Source: a virus
Reading direction: 5' to 3' (one strand)
DNA: 64,000 nucleotides
Virus record (IMG/VR): IMGVR_UViG_3300042691_012617
Location: 64,001 to 128,000 of that record
The position numbers and the translations under genes were made by a program. Under the pieces are notes generated by a model. It saw only the letters and a list, made by a program, of their open reading frames with translations. It made no database searches and was not told the DNA's origin. Below, piece by piece: positions 60,232-64,000 of the stretch; the first letter of the stretch is position 1, and every line of letters begins with the position of its first letter.

Positions 60232-60952
60232 TGGTCGCCAAGACATTCTTGATCTCCTCGGGCTTTAGGTCAAAGTTTCTTGCAAGACGCTCCTCAAAAA
60301 GCGGCTTGTCGTGTGCATACATTTCGGGAGACTCGTTCCGCGCATGGAGTGCATCGGGAGTCGTAGCCCCAACCCATTGGTGCTGAATGATGACATGATC
60401 AATGAACACGACCTTGCCAAGCATCTTCGCAACTTCCGTGAACTCATTGTCGCAGAATACGGACTTATACCCAGGGTAGTAAAGGTACCCAAAGCGTTCG
60501 AAATACTTGCGCCCCAAGATGGATAGTGTGATCAACTTGTTGCCTCCTGAGAATCCATCGTTAAACCACAGGACACCATCCGTGTCGGGGAAGAACTTCG
60601 CCATCGCCCGTGCAATGACATCGTCGTAACCTCCGTGGATAGGAATCATATCATCGGATGCAAGCAGGATGACATCGGGATTCAGGCGACGAACCACATC
60701 CAAGTCAGCGTTGATGGCAGAGATCTTGCCCGTGGACTTGCCACATACGGGATGGATACGCCCCTCAAGTTGTGAATTCAAACGACTGAACAGCGACCAC
60801 ATGTTGTCATTGTTCATGCTCGGATCGTCGTGATCAAACGAAACAACGAAATGTACCTCATGCATCCCCGAAAGGAAGTTGATGTACTTGTTCAATACTC
60901 CCACAAACTTTTCAGGTCGCCCCCGCGTGGGGAACTTAATCACCATTCTCAT
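60224..60952 (-). CDS. GT-A fold glycosyltransferase
   Basis: KFPTRGRP, KISAIN, LASDDM, Y.SVFCDNEF. Confidence 0.75.
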   Translation of the reverse strand: MRMVIKFPTRGRPEKFVGVLNKYINFLSGMHEVHFVVSFDHDDPSMNNDNMWSLFSRLNSQLEGRIHPVCGKSTGKISAINADLDVVRRLNPDVILLASDDMIPIHGGYDDVIARAMAKFFPDTDGVLWFNDGFSGGNKLITLSILGRKYFERFGYLYYPGYKSVFCDNEFTEVAKMLGKVVFIDHVIIQHQWVGATTPDALHARNESPEMYAHDKPLFEERLARNFDLKPEEIKNVLATNA

Positions 60953-61448
60953 CGGTCTCTCCCTTGTCATCATCGATGAACTCTACGACAGCATTCCCCG
61001 AATAATCGGCGGCATACTGCTTGGCTCGGCTGTAAAGAGATGAATCAACCTCACGGACATACTTGATGAAGTTGAGTGCGAAGTTCTGAATCGCATCATC
61101 AACCATCTGCTGCTCCTCTTCAGTCATCTCCTCGTCTTCCTCAGGATGCTCGTCGCCGTAGTCGCGGTCATCGTTTGGTAGATTGATGCCACACTCCTCG
61201 GCAAGTTCCCGCATAGAGCAACCGAAGACCATGGCGGGTGTTCCCTCTCCAAGCCAACCGCCCAAGCAGTTGTGTTCAATCCATTCAACTGCCTCGTCTT
61301 CCTCCATGTTGTCTCGCTTGATCAGAATGTCAATACAGCGACCATAGTCATAGACCGCGATTGCGCTCTTCTGACCGAATCGGCGCAGGACACCGATGAA
61401 TGCGGGTTCAAAGCCGTCCCATAGGAGCGGCGGTGTATCATTCGACAT
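60936..61448 (-). CDS. Hypothetical phage protein
   Basis: DGFEPAFIG..AVYD...CIDIL..EAVEW...N.LGGWLGEGTP pattern. Confidence 0.65.
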   Translation of the reverse strand: MSNDTPPLLWDGFEPAFIGVLRRFGQKSAIAVYDYGRCIDILIKRDNMEEDEAVEWIEHNCLGGWLGEGTPAMVFGCSMRELAEECGINLPNDDRDYGDEHPEEDEEMTEEEQQMVDDAIQNFALNFIKYVREVDSSLYSRAKQYAADYSGNAVVEFIDDDKGETDENGD

Positions 61449-62484
61449 CCTTGACCTCCTCCATGTCCTCATCCTGTCCGTACTTGAACTCCTTGGCAGC
61501 AGCCTCATCAAGAGCCTTGATCACATCCTCTGTGAACCACTTCTCAGGATTCTTGATGATCTTGGATTCAAAGTCAGACTTGCCATCAGGGAATTGAACC
61601 TTGTTTGCAACCTTCTTGAAGATTGCATGCTTGATGCCTAGATCGATCAGACCGTAATACCGATCAAGACCGCTATCGAAGTTCAGGAGGACATCAACCA
61701 CGCGGTTCTCCTTGGTGAGGCGGCTCTTGTAAGCCTTGCAATGAATGATGTTGCCGATGATCTGTCCGTCACCGTCCTTGTGCTTCTTCTTGGACAGGTA
61801 GATGATCGTAGTTGCGGCGTACTTGAGACCGCTGCCGCCACCCATCTCCTTGGTCGGGACATATGCACCCACAACATCGTAGGTGTGGTTCGTCACAATC
61901 ATGGGAATGTTATGCTTGCCCAACTTGAGGGTCACGGTGCGGAAGACAGACTTGATGACCTGACTGCGGGTCATGTCGCGGACTTCCTTGCCTTCTGTGC
62001 TGTCGTTCATCTCCTTGGAAGTCGAAAGCATTCCAAGAGAGTCAAGCACGATCATCATCGGCTTTCGCTCTGCCTTGTCCAACTTGCCGTAGTTCTCAAG
62101 GATCTGAAGCACCTGATGACGGAACTGCTCCACGGTGGAGACAGGGAACACGGCAACGCGAGTCTTGTCAAGACCACGCTCGGCAATCATCGTGCTTGTC
62201 ACAGCCTGTTCGGAATCGAAGTACAGGATCGCCCCGTCCTTGTTGTCCTTGAGGAACTGCGCTGCGATGCCTAGGGCAAAGTATGTCTTGCCCGTGGCAG
62301 ACTCACCCGCGATTCCTAGGATCTTGTTGTCGGGGATTCCCCCCTTCAGACTGCCCGATACGAGGGCATTGAAGGCGTAGGAGCCTGTATCGATGAAGCC
62401 ACCGACATCGGCTTCCAAACCATCGTTTGCGATAGAGGCGTATTCGTTACCGCTGTTCTTGACGAGTGTCTTCAGAAAGTTCAT
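61438..62484 (-). CDS. uvsX: RecA-like recombinase UvsX
   Basis: IDTGSY, AGESATGKT, YFDSE, DSLGML, DMTR, TNHTY, MGGGSG. Confidence 0.95.
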   Translation of the reverse strand: MNFLKTLVKNSGNEYASIANDGLEADVGGFIDTGSYAFNALVSGSLKGGIPDNKILGIAGESATGKTYFALGIAAQFLKDNKDGAILYFDSEQAVTSTMIAERGLDKTRVAVFPVSTVEQFRHQVLQILENYGKLDKAERKPMMIVLDSLGMLSTSKEMNDSTEGKEVRDMTRSQVIKSVFRTVTLKLGKHNIPMIVTNHTYDVVGAYVPTKEMGGGSGLKYAATTIIYLSKKKHKDGDGQIIGNIIHCKAYKSRLTKENRVVDVLLNFDSGLDRYYGLIDLGIKHAIFKKVANKVQFPDGKSDFESKIIKNPEKWFTEDVIKALDEAAAKEFKYGQDEDMEEVKDVE

Positions 62485-62517
62485 TGTGTATACCTCACTA
62501 GGTTGATTTAGTTAATC

Positions 62518-63291
62518 TTACACCAAGCCATCGGGCTTGTCAAAGGGATCCGAGCCATATTTACAAACCTTCTCAAAAGTTTCGTATGTGTAGCCAACTT
62601 CATTCAGAGTCTTTAGGACTTGCTCCAACTCCTCCCGCGTGATGTGCGCGTCCGCGTGTGTGCCCGTGTGTGCGTCCGCGCCCGTGGGGCGAATGTCATG
62701 GAAGATGATGCTGATGCCCTTCTGAGCCTCTGCGGTCTCCCGTAGCCCCTCTAGGACGCGCTCCATGGCTCCGCTGCGGATCAGGGCTTCCCGTGGCTCC
62801 TCTTCCTTACCGAGTCTGTTCGGACTGAAAAACATGCGTTGTCCTGAGTAGAAGTGCGACTCGTTCCCAGGTCTTACATAGCAAAAGAATGGACTCACGG
62901 CTGAGTAAAGAGTCTCATCAAAGTGAGAGTATGGAAATGCGAAGTGGGTCGGCTTGAATCCCGCTCCTGCCATGTCTTCCATTGCGGGAAGCACCTCGTC
63001 ATCGATGTAGCGGTCGATGTCATAACGGCGACTGTACACCAATGCATCCTTATGACTCTTGCTATGACAGCCAATCACATGACCATCCTCGCGCAGTTCC
63101 TTGAGCATCTGAAGTTCGCTGACTTCCAACATGTGGAACGAATCGACATAGAACGCAACCTTTGCGTTGTACTTGTTGAACAGGTCACGGCATGCATACC
63201 AGTTCGACACCGAATGGTCATCGAACGAAAGGTGTACATGTGGGTACTTGACCTTTTCCTCGCTGAGAAATGATCGGAATGCCTGAGCCAT
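62518..63291 (-). CDS. Polysaccharide deacetylase (CE4/NodB-like) with capsid-targeting-like leader
   Basis: LSFDD, IGCHSKSH, FAFPY, IIFH; starts MAQAFRSFLSEE; CTAAATA at 63298-63304. Confidence 0.8.
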   Translation of the reverse strand: MAQAFRSFLSEEKVKYPHVHLSFDDHSVSNWYACRDLFNKYNAKVAFYVDSFHMLEVSELQMLKELREDGHVIGCHSKSHKDALVYSRRYDIDRYIDDEVLPAMEDMAGAGFKPTHFAFPYSHFDETLYSAVSPFFCYVRPGNESHFYSGQRMFFSPNRLGKEEEPREALIRSGAMERVLEGLRETAEAQKGISIIFHDIRPTGADAHTGTHADAHITREELEQVLKTLNEVGYTYETFEKVCKYGSDPFDKPDGLV

Positions 63292-63305
63292 ACGCTCTAT
63301 TTAGG

Positions 63306-64000
63306 TCAGGCGAACAGACCTTCCAACGAGCCTTGCTCCTTGACCTTCCACCCGATGCAGTTGAGAATGTTCGATAGTGGTTCGATGAAAGCCTTCTCAA
63401 ACTGAGTCTCACGGTCAATGAAGCCATCAAGCGCAAACTCCTCGGGGAATGTAGCGGGGAACGAAAGCACTTTCTCCTTCAGCGGATTGGGAACCTTGAG
63501 TTCAACATACTTGATCTTCTCGCTGTTACGGATCAGGGGATACTTCTTTGACAGCCCCATCTTCTTGATCCAATAGTTGTAGACAAGCGACCCCTTGACA
63601 TGCATGGGTGTGCCCTTCTTGTAGATGCTTGCAGCATCAGCGTAGTCATCCATGCCGTTGCACCCACGCGGGAACGCAATGTCATAGATCGGAAGAGTCA
63701 CGAACTCGTCATGAAACTTCTCCACGAAAGAATGCAATGCGCCTTCGTCAGCGGTCAGGATCAACTTGATCGCTTCCTTGAGTCGTGTGCGGACGATCTG
63801 CGGGGTGGACGAACGGGCGGTTTCGATACCCATGATCTTGAGATCGGGATCGTCCATGTAAACATTGTCTTCGCCAAGGTGAACCGCAAGCATGTAACGC
63901 TTCTTGGCGGTGAACACACCCTTTGCAGCGATGGCTTCTCGCTTCATCGACATCCGATTGGCGTAGGCATTCATTCGACCCGACAACTGCTCATACCACT
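63306..64000 (-). CDS. 43: Family B DNA polymerase gp43, C-terminal part (starts outside window)
   Basis: MKREAIA, AKKRY, KIMGIETARSSTP, IAFPR, P.HVKG.L.YN, SLEGLFA. Confidence 0.95.
   Translation of the reverse strand, partial: WYEQLSGRMNAYANRMSMKREAIAAKGVFTAKKRYMLAVHLGEDNVYMDDPDLKIMGIETARSSTPQIVRTRLKEAIKLILTADEGALHSFVEKFHDEFVTLPIYDIAFPRGCNGMDDYADAASIYKKGTPMHVKGSLVYNYWIKKMGLSKKYPLIRNSEKIKYVELKVPNPLKEKVLSFPATFPEEFALDGFIDRETQFEKAFIEPLSNILNCIGWKVKEQGSLEGLFA

Overview
This 64-kb window is part of a large T4-like (Tevenvirinae/cyanomyovirus-related) tailed phage genome, read in the standard genetic code and mostly on the minus strand. T4 core genes present: gp32 (partial), gp33, uvsY, uvsW, gp55, gp47, gp46, primase gp61, helicase gp41, uvsX and DNA polymerase gp43 (partial). 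Also present are a class II ribonucleotide reductase (NrdJ), ThyX, a DenV-like glycosylase and a tRNA-Ile with the rare UAU anticodon. There are three accessory blocks: (i) a ~19-kb array of paralogous, repeat-built fibre/collagen genes (20.0-39.4 kb); (ii) a late-expressed block (41.6-49.4 kb) whose proteins start with T4-type capsid-targeting leaders; (iii) a ~10-kb nucleotide-sugar/glycosyltransferase island between uvsX and gp41, including an RfbH-type 3-dehydrase. The best candidate for an undescribed system is in block (ii): a 1201-aa apparent polyprotein (HIGH nucleotidyltransferase + RimK ATP-grasp ligase + RimB/DUF785-like protease + small modules) whose domain boundaries coincide with (I/L)xE prohead-protease sites, co-transcribed with an RNA-ligase-like protein and next to the tRNA. 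Other signals: a CTAAATA late-promoter dialect with apparently leaderless mRNAs, palindromic spacers in sigma70 promoters, an ACACA-repeat gp32 leader, a GTACT-repeat origin candidate, a catalytically dead trypsin-like protein, and a GC-rich CGCGCCCGTG motif dispersed through coding regions on both strands. All family assignments are from motif recognition by eye; no searches were run.
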